Positions 49,128 through 57,309 of a DNA stretch of 64,000 nucleotides are shown piece by piece. The position numbers were made by a program, and so were the translations under genes. The notes below the pieces were generated by a model, which was given only the letters and a program-made list of their open reading frames with translations, was not told where the DNA came from and did no database searches. Origin of the DNA: Hellea sp. (GTDB lineage Bacteria; Pseudomonadota; Alphaproteobacteria; Caulobacterales; Maricaulaceae); the NCBI GenBank assembly GCA_013002305.1, contig JABDKG010000072.1:11718-75717 (forward strand), written 5' to 3'. Within the stretch, counting starts at the first letter, position 1; each line of letters starts with the position of its first letter.

Positions 49128-50582
49128 ATGAAGAAATTATTCCTGATATTATGTATAAGTGCAAGTCTTACAGCTTGTCAGAACAGTGAACAGTCTTCTG
49201 ACAAGACTGCAGTCGATAAATCTTCGGGTGAAATTTCCGCGCCTGCCTACAAATTATCGCCGGAAGTGCAGAAGCTTCAAGAAGCCGCGCTTGCCGGGAC
49301 GCACGCTTATGACCTCACCGAGTCTCTGACCACTGAGATTGGCCAGCGTCTGGCAGGAAGTCCGCAAGAGGCCAAAGCCAGAGAATGGGCGGTCGATAAG
49401 TTTAAAGCCGCCGGACTGCAAAACGTCCGCGTCGAAACGTTTCCGGTTCGGGGCTGGGTACGCGGTGTCGAAACAGCAGAAATTATTGCCCCTTACCCAC
49501 AAAATTTAGAAGTTACTGCACTTGGCGGTTCATCGGCTACGCCGGAAGAGGGTGTTGAAGCGGAGATCGCATATTTCCCGACATTCGAAGATTTGGCGGC
49601 AGCGCCAGAAGGCGGGCTTGATGGCAAGATCGTCTTTATTTCCGGCCGAATGGAAAAGGCCCATGACGGCGCGGGATATGGTCCAGCCAATCAGAAAAGA
49701 CGCAGCGGCGCGACCGAAGCGGGCAAGCGCGGCGCGGCTGCTGTCGTGATAAGATCGGTCGGAACGGATAGCCATCGCTTCCCGCACACTGGACAAATGC
49801 GCTACCAAGAAGATGTTAAACCCATTCCAATAGGGGCTTTGTCAGCGCCGGATGCCGATCAGCTTGACCGGATATTGGCCAGAGGCGAGACCGTTCGGAT
49901 CAAACTGACTTTGACACCCAAAGAATTAGGACCGCTGGAGTCGGGCAATGTCATCGGCGATATTATAGGCACTGAAAAACCTGACGAAATCATACTCATT
50001 GGTGGGCACCTCGATAGTTGGGACCTAGGCACAGGCGCGGTCGATGACGGCGCCGGTATCGGTATCAGTTTGGGGACGGCGCAGCTATTGCTTGAAAACG
50101 GCCTAAAACCGAAACGCACAATCCGGGTCGTGGCCTTCGGGTCAGAAGAGGTCGGCTTGGTCGGGGCATTTGCTTATGCCGAGAAACACAAAGATGAGCT
50201 TATCAATCATGTCCTCGCCAGCGAGTCCGATTTCGGTGCCGGCAAAGTCTATGCTCTGCGAACGACTGTGCAGGGCGAAGCTCGCGATGCACTCATCGAA
50301 ATTCAAAAATCTCTCCAGCATTTAGGTGTTGCGATGGAAGATGGCGACACGTCAGGCGGCCCCGACATTATCCCGCTTCGCAATGCCGGCGTGCCAGCGA
50401 TCAGGCTCCAGCAAGACGGCTATGATTATTTTGATTTGCACCACACACCGGACGACACGTTTGATAAAATTGATAAAGACGAAATTGCTCAAAATGTTGC
50501 CGCATGGGCGACCATGGTCTGGATGGCATCGGAAGCGGACGTCGATTATCGCGCGGCGCCCGCACAAACAATTGGCGAGTGA
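49128..50582 (+). CDS. M28-family metallopeptidase lipoprotein
   Basis: Start taken at MKKLFLILCISASLTAC (lipobox). Contains GGHLDSWDLGTGAVDDGAG, GSEEVGLVGA and HHTPDDT. Confidence 0.85.
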   Translation: MKKLFLILCISASLTACQNSEQSSDKTAVDKSSGEISAPAYKLSPEVQKLQEAALAGTHAYDLTESLTTEIGQRLAGSPQEAKAREWAVDKFKAAGLQNVRVETFPVRGWVRGVETAEIIAPYPQNLEVTALGGSSATPEEGVEAEIAYFPTFEDLAAAPEGGLDGKIVFISGRMEKAHDGAGYGPANQKRRSGATEAGKRGAAAVVIRSVGTDSHRFPHTGQMRYQEDVKPIPIGALSAPDADQLDRILARGETVRIKLTLTPKELGPLESGNVIGDIIGTEKPDEIILIGGHLDSWDLGTGAVDDGAGIGISLGTAQLLLENGLKPKRTIRVVAFGSEEVGLVGAFAYAEKHKDELINHVLASESDFGAGKVYALRTTVQGEARDALIEIQKSLQHLGVAMEDGDTSGGPDIIPLRNAGVPAIRLQQDGYDYFDLHHTPDDTFDKIDKDEIAQNVAAWATMVWMASEADVDYRAAPAQTIGE

Positions 50583-50686
50583 TTTTTAGCTTCAGATAAG
50601 GTTCATCAGAAACGCGTTAATCCGCGTTGCATCAAACGGGGCAATCGGTTAAGACGATTCATTCTTAAGATTCCTAGGAGGGAATT

Positions 50687-50857
50687 ATGGCGAAATGGGT
50701 TTGGGGAATTCTAATTCTCGCGATCGTTTCGGTTTTATTGACGACGATTGGCCCTTGGAACGCGGAAGCGTGTTCAATAAAAAAGGGCGAGTCGGCTGAG
50801 TCTGCTTTGATGCAAAGCACCCAAAAATTTGCCGATAGTAAAGGACTATACAAATGA
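50687..50857 (+). CDS. small single-TM protein (56 aa), not in the supplied ORF track
   Basis: ATG preceded by TAGGAGGGAATT. Translation MAKWVWGILILAIVSVLLTTIGPW...GLYK. Its TGA overlaps the ATG of the next gene (ATGA). Confidence 0.45.
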   Translation: MAKWVWGILILAIVSVLLTTIGPWNAEACSIKKGESAESALMQSTQKFADSKGLYK

Positions 50858-52233
50858 GCAATATTCTTTCTTATATCACCTGTTTTGGGTGGTTACCACT
50901 TTTTGCAATGGGGCTGCTTGGCCTTATTCTCGGCTTCCTACTGTCGAAATTATTCGGCAAGGGTCATTCCGGTGATTTGACGTCTGACGGCGAAGGTGCG
51001 TTGCGCTCCGAAGCCGATGGCCTGCGGACCCGGGTTCGTGAACTTGAAGGTCGTCTATCAGATAGTGACGGTGAAGTTTCAAATCTGAAATCGCAACTGA
51101 CATCAGCAGGAACTGGCGCAACAACCGGAGCTGGCGCAGCAGCGCTTGCGTCTGGCGGCGGAAGCGATGATGACGATTCCTATGCCCTTGAATGGCGCAA
51201 TCGTTACCTTGCAGCGCGGGTGAAATATTTAGAAGGCCGCTTGGCTGAAGCACCAAAAGCAACCGCCAAGAAATCTTCTGCTAAGAAATCGACTGCTAAG
51301 AAATCGACTTCAGCATCTTCCCGCAGCAAGAAGAAGTCGACGAGCAAGAAAGCCGCCGGTGCGGCTGCAGCGGGCGCTACAGCGGCTGCTGTCACAAAAG
51401 CGACGGCGACGAAAGCGAAGACAACAACCAAGAAAAAGCCAGCGGCTAAGAAGGTCACAGCGAAAAAAGCACCCGCTAAGAAGACGGCGGCTAAAAAGGC
51501 GCCCGCTAAGAAGAAAGCTCCAGCTAAAAAATCTTCTACAAAGACTTCTTCAACCAAGAAATCTTCGGCCAAGTCTTCTGCTAAGCCTAAGGTTCTTTAT
51601 ACAGACGGCCCGACCGCTGGTAAGCCGGACGATTTGAAACAGATCAAAGGCATCGGTCCTAAGTTCGAAAAAGATCTGAACAATAAGGGTATTTATTACT
51701 TCAATCAGATCGGAAACTGGAAAGCCGCTGACGTTAAAATGGTTGAAGGCGTGATTGATTCAATTCCAGGACGCATCAAGCGTGACGATTGGGTTAAGCA
51801 AGCCAAGGGCTTCTCTAAGAGCTCTGCAACAAAAGCGGCGCCGGCTAAGAAGAAAGCTCCGGCGAAAAAGAAAACCGCCGCTAAGAAAGCGCCAGCGAAA
51901 AAAGCCGCCGGAAAAGATAATTCCAAATATTATGAAGGCGTTCGCCGTTTCCACAAGTCTGCCAAGGCCGGAACGATTGACAATGTCGTGAAATATTTGG
52001 GTGCGTCATTAAAGAACCGCGACTCTGCGTTGGTCGCCTGTTCTGATCCAACCGAAATGGCGACAGTCGCCAAAAACTTCGGTCAAAAGAAACTGGGTCT
52101 ATCCAAAGAAGCGGCTGAGAAAGCCGCTGCGGATACTTGCGCGGAAATGAAGCCGGTACGTCAGAAGAACCGCGCCGTGTTCTATTATCTGATGGCCAAG
52201 CGCGTAAAACAGCTGAGCTTCTTTGAAAAATAA
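50854..52233 (+). CDS. membrane-anchored Lys/Ala-repeat (histone H1-like) protein with an HhH-like module and a C-terminal DUF2853-like domain
   Basis: One TM, a coiled coil, AKKSSAKKSTAKKST and KKAPAKKTAAKKAPAKKKAPAKK repeats, DDLKQIKGIGPKFEKDLNNKGIYYFNQIGNW, and C-terminal ...LKNRDSALVACSDPTEM...KNRAVFYYLMAKR. Confidence 0.7.
   Translation: MSNILSYITCFGWLPLFAMGLLGLILGFLLSKLFGKGHSGDLTSDGEGALRSEADGLRTRVRELEGRLSDSDGEVSNLKSQLTSAGTGATTGAGAAALASGGGSDDDDSYALEWRNRYLAARVKYLEGRLAEAPKATAKKSSAKKSTAKKSTSASSRSKKKSTSKKAAGAAAAGATAAAVTKATATKAKTTTKKKPAAKKVTAKKAPAKKTAAKKAPAKKKAPAKKSSTKTSSTKKSSAKSSAKPKVLYTDGPTAGKPDDLKQIKGIGPKFEKDLNNKGIYYFNQIGNWKAADVKMVEGVIDSIPGRIKRDDWVKQAKGFSKSSATKAAPAKKKAPAKKKTAAKKAPAKKAAGKDNSKYYEGVRRFHKSAKAGTIDNVVKYLGASLKNRDSALVACSDPTEMATVAKNFGQKKLGLSKEAAEKAAADTCAEMKPVRQKNRAVFYYLMAKRVKQLSFFEK
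51265..51309 (+). repeat. in-frame 15-nt tandem repeat (x3) encoding AKKS(S/T)
   Basis: GCCAAGAAATCTTCT GCTAAGAAATCGACT GCTAAGAAATCGACT. Looser AKK-encoding repeats continue at about 51436-51535 and about 51838-51905. Confidence 0.85.
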
Positions 52234-52256
52234 GCTCGCTTACATTTAGAATTAAG

Positions 52257-52284
52257 AACCCGCCCTTTGAGGCGGGTTTTTTTT
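52257..52284 (+). terminator. rho-independent terminator
   Basis: AACCCGCC - CTTTGA - GGCGGGTT followed by a T-run. Confidence 0.85.
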
Positions 52285-52354
52285 GTGCGACAATTTATAT
52301 ACAACTTTTTGCATATAGTCGTTGCGCCCAGACTAAGGCGTGGTAAATATAATT

Positions 52355-53146
52355 ATGAGTGAGATTAATTTTTCCGGCGAGCATGTTGCCGTGACCGGCG
52401 CGGCAGGCGGCATTGGACGTGCGTTTGCTGACATGTTTTTAGCCGAGGGCGCGAAAGTATCAATTTCTGACCTAAGTGCGCCCGAATGTGCGGGGCAAGA
52501 CAACCTAAATGGTTATAGCTGCGATGTCAGCGATGAAGCGCAAATTATCAAATTTATCGATGATGCCGAAGATGCGTTTGGCCCTGTCGATATATTTATC
52601 GCAAATGCCGGCGTCGGCTTTGGTGACGGCCCCGGCGGTAACTCTGCCGGCGGCAGTAACGAGTCCTGGGATAAGAGCTGGGCGATTAACGTCATGGGCA
52701 GTGTCTATGCGTCCCGCCGCCTGATCCCGGGCTGGAAAAAGCGCGGAGAAGGGCGGTTTGTCATCGTCTCTTCAGCTGCAGGCCTCTTAAACCAAATTGG
52801 GAGCGCTTCTTACAGCGCCACCAAACATGCTGTGCTGGGCTATGCCGAGGCGATGGCGATTGAACATAAGGCCGATGGCATATCGGTACATGCGGTCTGT
52901 CCGCAATATGTCCGCACCAATATGACCAAAGGCATGTCATTTGCTGAAAACAATAAGGATGGCCTTTTAGAACCCTCCGATGTCGCAAACGCGCTCAAGG
53001 CTTCTATCGAAAAGAACGAATTTCTGGTTCTATCCCATCCAGTCGTCGGCGACTATTTCAAGGCCAAGGCCATGGACTATGATAGCTACATATCTGGTAT
53101 GGCGCGGCTCAGAGCCAAGCTCAGTCAGGCCGACGTCAAATTATAA
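52355..53146 (+). CDS. SDR family oxidoreductase
   Basis: Contains VTGAAGGIG (TGxxxGxG) and YSATKHAV (YxxxK). The ATG at 52355 was preferred over the listed GTG at 52340. Confidence 0.9.
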   Translation: MSEINFSGEHVAVTGAAGGIGRAFADMFLAEGAKVSISDLSAPECAGQDNLNGYSCDVSDEAQIIKFIDDAEDAFGPVDIFIANAGVGFGDGPGGNSAGGSNESWDKSWAINVMGSVYASRRLIPGWKKRGEGRFVIVSSAAGLLNQIGSASYSATKHAVLGYAEAMAIEHKADGISVHAVCPQYVRTNMTKGMSFAENNKDGLLEPSDVANALKASIEKNEFLVLSHPVVGDYFKAKAMDYDSYISGMARLRAKLSQADVKL

Positions 53147-53167
53147 GCAAGTAATAAGGAGTGCCAA

Positions 53168-53926
53168 ATGGCCCGTTTTGATTTTACAGGAAAAGTTGCC
53201 CTCATTGCCGGTGCAAGCCGCGGTATTGGCGAGGCGATCGCGCACGGTTTGGCCGAACATGGTGCTACCGTTATTTGCACCAGCCGTAAGCTCGAAGCCT
53301 GCGAAAAGGTCGCCGAGGATATCCGCGCTAAGGGCCTCCAAGCGTCTGCTAAAACATTGCACCTTGGAGAGATCGATAGCCATCAAGCCGTTGTAGACGA
53401 GATCATGGCCGAGCATGGCCGGCTGGATTATCTGGTTAATAACGGCGCCACTAATCCCTATATGGGACCGGCTCACCAAGCTGAGTCGTGGGCGTTTGAC
53501 AAGACCTTCGAAGTCAATGTGAAAGGGCCGTATTTTCTCAGCTCAAAATGCGTGCCGTTAATGCTGCAAAATGGCGGCGGCGCAATCGTCAATGTCGCGT
53601 CGATCGACGGGCTTAATCCCGGAATTTTCCGCGTGATCTACGGCATGACCAAAGCCGCCGTGATCAATATGACCAAAGGATTCGCCAAGGAATATGGCCA
53701 GCAGGGCGTTCGGGTTAACTCGCTTCTGCCAGGATTTACCGATACGAAGCTGGCGTCCGCGCTCAAGGAAAACCCGATGGCGCAGAAGCTCATCAAAACT
53801 TTACCGATCCAGCGCATGGCGCAACCTGAAGAAATGGTCGGCGCTGTCATGTATATGCTATCCGATGAGGGCAGCTATTTCACCGGCCAGACAATGACCG
53901 TCGATGGGGGCGCCACTATCCTATGA
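53168..53926 (+). CDS. SDR family oxidoreductase (3-oxoacyl reductase-like)
   Basis: Contains IAGASRGIG, NNGA and YGMTKAAV. Confidence 0.9.
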   Translation: MARFDFTGKVALIAGASRGIGEAIAHGLAEHGATVICTSRKLEACEKVAEDIRAKGLQASAKTLHLGEIDSHQAVVDEIMAEHGRLDYLVNNGATNPYMGPAHQAESWAFDKTFEVNVKGPYFLSSKCVPLMLQNGGGAIVNVASIDGLNPGIFRVIYGMTKAAVINMTKGFAKEYGQQGVRVNSLLPGFTDTKLASALKENPMAQKLIKTLPIQRMAQPEEMVGAVMYMLSDEGSYFTGQTMTVDGGATIL

Positions 53927-54990
53927 CGGACACGCAAAATCCAGCAGGAGACGTCCGCAAAGGCGAGGAGCTTGATATCGCCGCAATTGATGCTGTCCTA
54001 AAGGAAGCGTTGAGCGGCCTTGAGGGCACGCCTGAAGTCCGGCAATTCTCCAGCGGCGCATCAAATCTAACCTATGCTGTAACCTATCCCAATCGGGAGC
54101 TGGTTCTGCGCCGTCCGCCTTTCGGCACTCGCCCAAAGTCCGGCCATGACATGCACCGTGAATACCGGATAATGACAGCGCTCAAGCCTGTTTATCCGAG
54201 CGTCCCTAACACCGTTTATTACACTGATGATGAAAGCATTATCGGCGCTGAATTTTATGTCATGGATCGCGTTCACGGTCATATGATCATCGATATGCCC
54301 AAAGAGTGGGGGTGGGGCCGCGAAAAAGGGCGCGAGCTTTGCGAAAACCTGTTTCAGAAACTCGTTGACCTTCACAAGATTGATTACGAGGCAATCGGTC
54401 TTGAGGACTTTGGGCGGCCTGAGGGATATGTCGATCGCCAGATCGGTGGCTGGAACCGGCGCTTCCAAAAAGCCTGGACCGACGATGTTCAGAAATTTGA
54501 CGATGTGATGCAGTGGCTTGAGGACAATAAGCCCAAGAGCGAAACCGGCGCGGCGATCCTGCACGGGGATTTCCGGATCGATAACTGCATTTTAAACCTT
54601 AAAGATCCGACAAAAATTGATGCGGTCCTGGACTGGGAGATTTGCGCGCTCGGGGATCCTCTGATGGATTTGGGCAATACGCTGTCTTATTGGATAGAGG
54701 CGGATGATCCGCCAATGATGCAAATGATGGTCCGTCAGCCCAGTAGTGCCCCGGGCATGATGACCCGCAAGGAAATTCTGAAATTCTATGCCGATCGAAC
54801 CGGCGCTGATGTTTCTAATTTCCAATTTTATTATGTCTATGGTCTCTGGCGGCTCGCTGTCATCATCCAGCAGATATATTATCGCTATTATCATGGACAG
54901 ACCGATAATCCTCGCTTTAAGCCTTTTGGCCAAATGGTCAATGCGCTGGGCGAGCTGTCCCGTATCAAAATTAAAACAGGAGAACTGTAA
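53923..54990 (+). CDS. phosphotransferase (APH/ChoK-like kinase) family protein, ACAD10/11 N-terminal-domain type
   Basis: Contains VRQFSSGASNLTY, LVLRRPPFG, HDMHREYRIM, FYVMDRV, ILHGDFRIDNC and VLDWEICALGDP. ATGA overlap with the preceding SDR gene. Confidence 0.85.
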   Translation: MTDTQNPAGDVRKGEELDIAAIDAVLKEALSGLEGTPEVRQFSSGASNLTYAVTYPNRELVLRRPPFGTRPKSGHDMHREYRIMTALKPVYPSVPNTVYYTDDESIIGAEFYVMDRVHGHMIIDMPKEWGWGREKGRELCENLFQKLVDLHKIDYEAIGLEDFGRPEGYVDRQIGGWNRRFQKAWTDDVQKFDDVMQWLEDNKPKSETGAAILHGDFRIDNCILNLKDPTKIDAVLDWEICALGDPLMDLGNTLSYWIEADDPPMMQMMVRQPSSAPGMMTRKEILKFYADRTGADVSNFQFYYVYGLWRLAVIIQQIYYRYYHGQTDNPRFKPFGQMVNALGELSRIKIKTGEL

Positions 54991-56165
54991 TGAGTGATCT
55001 CAAAGAATTCCGCGAGCAAGTCAGAGCTTGGCTGGAAGAAAACTGCCCGGCCGAAATGCGCATACCAATGAAAGGCTTTGATGATGCCTGTTGGGGCGGC
55101 CGGAACTATGAATTTGCAAGTCAGGCCCAAGAGGACTGGATGCGCGCTATGGGCGCCAAGGGCTGGACCGTTCCGACCTGGCCCAAGGAATATGGCGGCG
55201 GCGGCCTATCCAAGGAGGAGGCCAAAGTCCTCAAATCTGAAATGAAACGCATCAAAGCGCGTAGTCCGCTGAGCTCCTTTGGTATCTGGATGCTCGGGCC
55301 TGCGCTGCTGAAATTCGGCAATGAAGAGCAAAAGAAAAAGTTCTTGCCGCCGATAGCGCGCGGGGAAATCCGCTGGTGTCAGGGCTATTCCGAGCCGGGG
55401 GCCGGATCTGATCTCGCGGCGCTGGCGACTAAATGTGAGGACAAGGGCGATCACTATCTGGTCAATGGCCAAAAGGTCTGGACATCTTATGCTGACCAGG
55501 CCGACTGGATTTTTTGTCTCGTCCGCACGGATCCCAAAGCCAAAAAACATGAAGGTATTTCGTTTGTCTTGTTCGACATGGAAACGCCGGGCGTTGAGGC
55601 CAAGCCGATCAAGCTGATCTCCGGAAAGTCACCATTTTGCGAAACTTTCTTTGAGGATGTCAGGGTTGAAAAGAAAAACCTTGTCGGCGAGAAAAACAAG
55701 GGCTGGACGATTGCGAAATATCTGTTGACCCATGAACGCGAAATGATTGGCGGAATGGGCGGCGACATGCGTCCGCTCAGCGAAATAGTCGCCGGTACCG
55801 TGGGACTGGAAGATGGCAAGCTTGCCGATCCGATGCTGCGGGCCAAAGTTGCCCAAACAGAAGTTGATGAATGGGCCTATATGCTGACCCTGAACCGTAA
55901 GCTGGCCGAAGCCAAAGCGGGTGCGTCGCTTGGCGCGGACTCTTCAATGCTAAAATATTACGGGACGGAGCTGAATAAGCGCCGTTTTGAGCTTATGATG
56001 GACGCGGCAGGTCATGACGGCCTCGAGTGGGAAGGGGAGCGCTCCAACGATGGCGATCTTGCCCGTATGTGGCTGCGTACCAAGGGCAATTCTATTGAAG
56101 GCGGAACAACCGAAATCCAGCTCAATATAATTTCCAAACGCATTCTAGAATTGCCGGGAGCGTAA
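54990..56165 (+). CDS. acyl-CoA dehydrogenase family protein (probable catalytic subunit of a pair)
   Basis: 391 aa. Contains GYSEPGAGSDLA and a C-terminal SIEGGTTEIQLNIISKRIL. 1-nt overlap with the kinase gene. Confidence 0.9.
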   Translation: MSDLKEFREQVRAWLEENCPAEMRIPMKGFDDACWGGRNYEFASQAQEDWMRAMGAKGWTVPTWPKEYGGGGLSKEEAKVLKSEMKRIKARSPLSSFGIWMLGPALLKFGNEEQKKKFLPPIARGEIRWCQGYSEPGAGSDLAALATKCEDKGDHYLVNGQKVWTSYADQADWIFCLVRTDPKAKKHEGISFVLFDMETPGVEAKPIKLISGKSPFCETFFEDVRVEKKNLVGEKNKGWTIAKYLLTHEREMIGGMGGDMRPLSEIVAGTVGLEDGKLADPMLRAKVAQTEVDEWAYMLTLNRKLAEAKAGASLGADSSMLKYYGTELNKRRFELMMDAAGHDGLEWEGERSNDGDLARMWLRTKGNSIEGGTTEIQLNIISKRILELPGA

Positions 56166-56168
56166 CCC

Positions 56169-57308
56169 ATGGCCATGCTTTTGAATGAAGACGAAAAAAT
56201 GCTCGCCGAAACGGCGGAAGGTTTTTTCGCGGATAAATCACCGGTTAAACAACTGCGGACCCTGCGCGATAATCGTGATGATACCGGCTATGATAAAGGC
56301 CTATGGCAGGAAATGGCCGATATGGGCTTTACCGGTGTGCTAATCGACGAAGAACATGGCGGCGTCGACATGGGTTTCATGGCGGCCGGATTGATCGCAG
56401 AACAGATGGGAAAAAACCTGACGGCATCGCCGTTTCTATCAACCGGTATCCTGGCCGCGACCGCGCTTAAGCAAGGCGGCTCTAAAGAACAAAAAGCCGA
56501 ATGGCTGCCCAAAATCGCGAGCGGTGAAACTATCATGGCACTGGCGCTGGAAGAGAGCCGGAAACACAATCCCAAAGCTACCAATATGAGCGCTGAGCGC
56601 TCTGGAAACGGGTTTAAGCTTAGCGGCCAGAAAGGCATGGTGATAGACGGTCACGTCGCCGATCAAATGATCGTTGTCGCGCGCACATCGGGCGAAGCCG
56701 GCGAGATGGACGGGCTGACGCTTTTCCTCGTTGACCCCAGGACTAACGGCGTATCGGTTGAGCGCACGCAAATGGTTGATAGCCGTAATTCGGCGCGCAT
56801 CGATTTTGACGATGTCGAAGTCAATGCTGACGCCGTTTTAGGCGAAGTCGACAAAGGCGGCGAAGTACTCGGCGCTATTGTCAATGCCGGCCGCGCTGCC
56901 GTTGCAGCGGAGCTACTAGGTTCCGGCGGCGAGGCGTTTCGGCAGACGACTGACTATATTCGCGAGCGCAAGCAATTCGGCGTCAATGTCGGGTCATTCC
57001 AAGCGCTTCAACACCGATCCGCGCACCTTTATTCCGAGCTTGAGAATGCGCGCTCAGCCGTCCTCATGGCGCTCACAGCCATGGATACGGACGCCAAGAG
57101 CGCAGAGCTTCCGGTTGCGATGGCCAAAGCCAAGCTCGGACAGGTCGCGAAACTGGCCGGTCTCGAAGGCGTGCAAATGCATGGCGGCGTAGGTATGACC
57201 GATGAATATGATATTGGACTATATTTAAAACGCATACGCGTTGCTCAGGAGCTCTTTGGTGATGCCAATTACCAAATGGAACAAATAGCAACTATGAAGG
57301 GCTACTAG
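56169..57308 (+). CDS. acyl-CoA dehydrogenase family protein (probable partner subunit)
   Basis: 379 aa with ACAD fold length and pattern. Its C-terminus (VQMHGGVGMTDEYDIGLYLKRIRVAQELFGDANY) lacks the GGT-x-EIQ signature seen in the preceding paralogue. Confidence 0.85.
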   Translation: MAMLLNEDEKMLAETAEGFFADKSPVKQLRTLRDNRDDTGYDKGLWQEMADMGFTGVLIDEEHGGVDMGFMAAGLIAEQMGKNLTASPFLSTGILAATALKQGGSKEQKAEWLPKIASGETIMALALEESRKHNPKATNMSAERSGNGFKLSGQKGMVIDGHVADQMIVVARTSGEAGEMDGLTLFLVDPRTNGVSVERTQMVDSRNSARIDFDDVEVNADAVLGEVDKGGEVLGAIVNAGRAAVAAELLGSGGEAFRQTTDYIRERKQFGVNVGSFQALQHRSAHLYSELENARSAVLMALTAMDTDAKSAELPVAMAKAKLGQVAKLAGLEGVQMHGGVGMTDEYDIGLYLKRIRVAQELFGDANYQMEQIATMKGY

Positions 57309-57309
57309 C

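Noticed and set aside
51265-51535. Short tandem repeats considered as a possible CRISPR or other non-coding repeat array
   Set aside because: The repeats are 15-nt, contiguous, without spacers, and in frame within a long ORF (encoding AKKS/AKKA units). No cas genes are present in the window.
51204-51637. Alternative-frame and antisense ORFs (51204..51572 minus, 51359..51637 plus, 51705..51926 minus, 51755..51991 plus) over the Lys/Ala-repeat region
   Set aside because: They are a consequence of the GCn-AAG-AAR repeat periodicity keeping several frames open. Only the frame starting at 50854 connects a TM segment, the HhH-like module and the DUF2853-like end.
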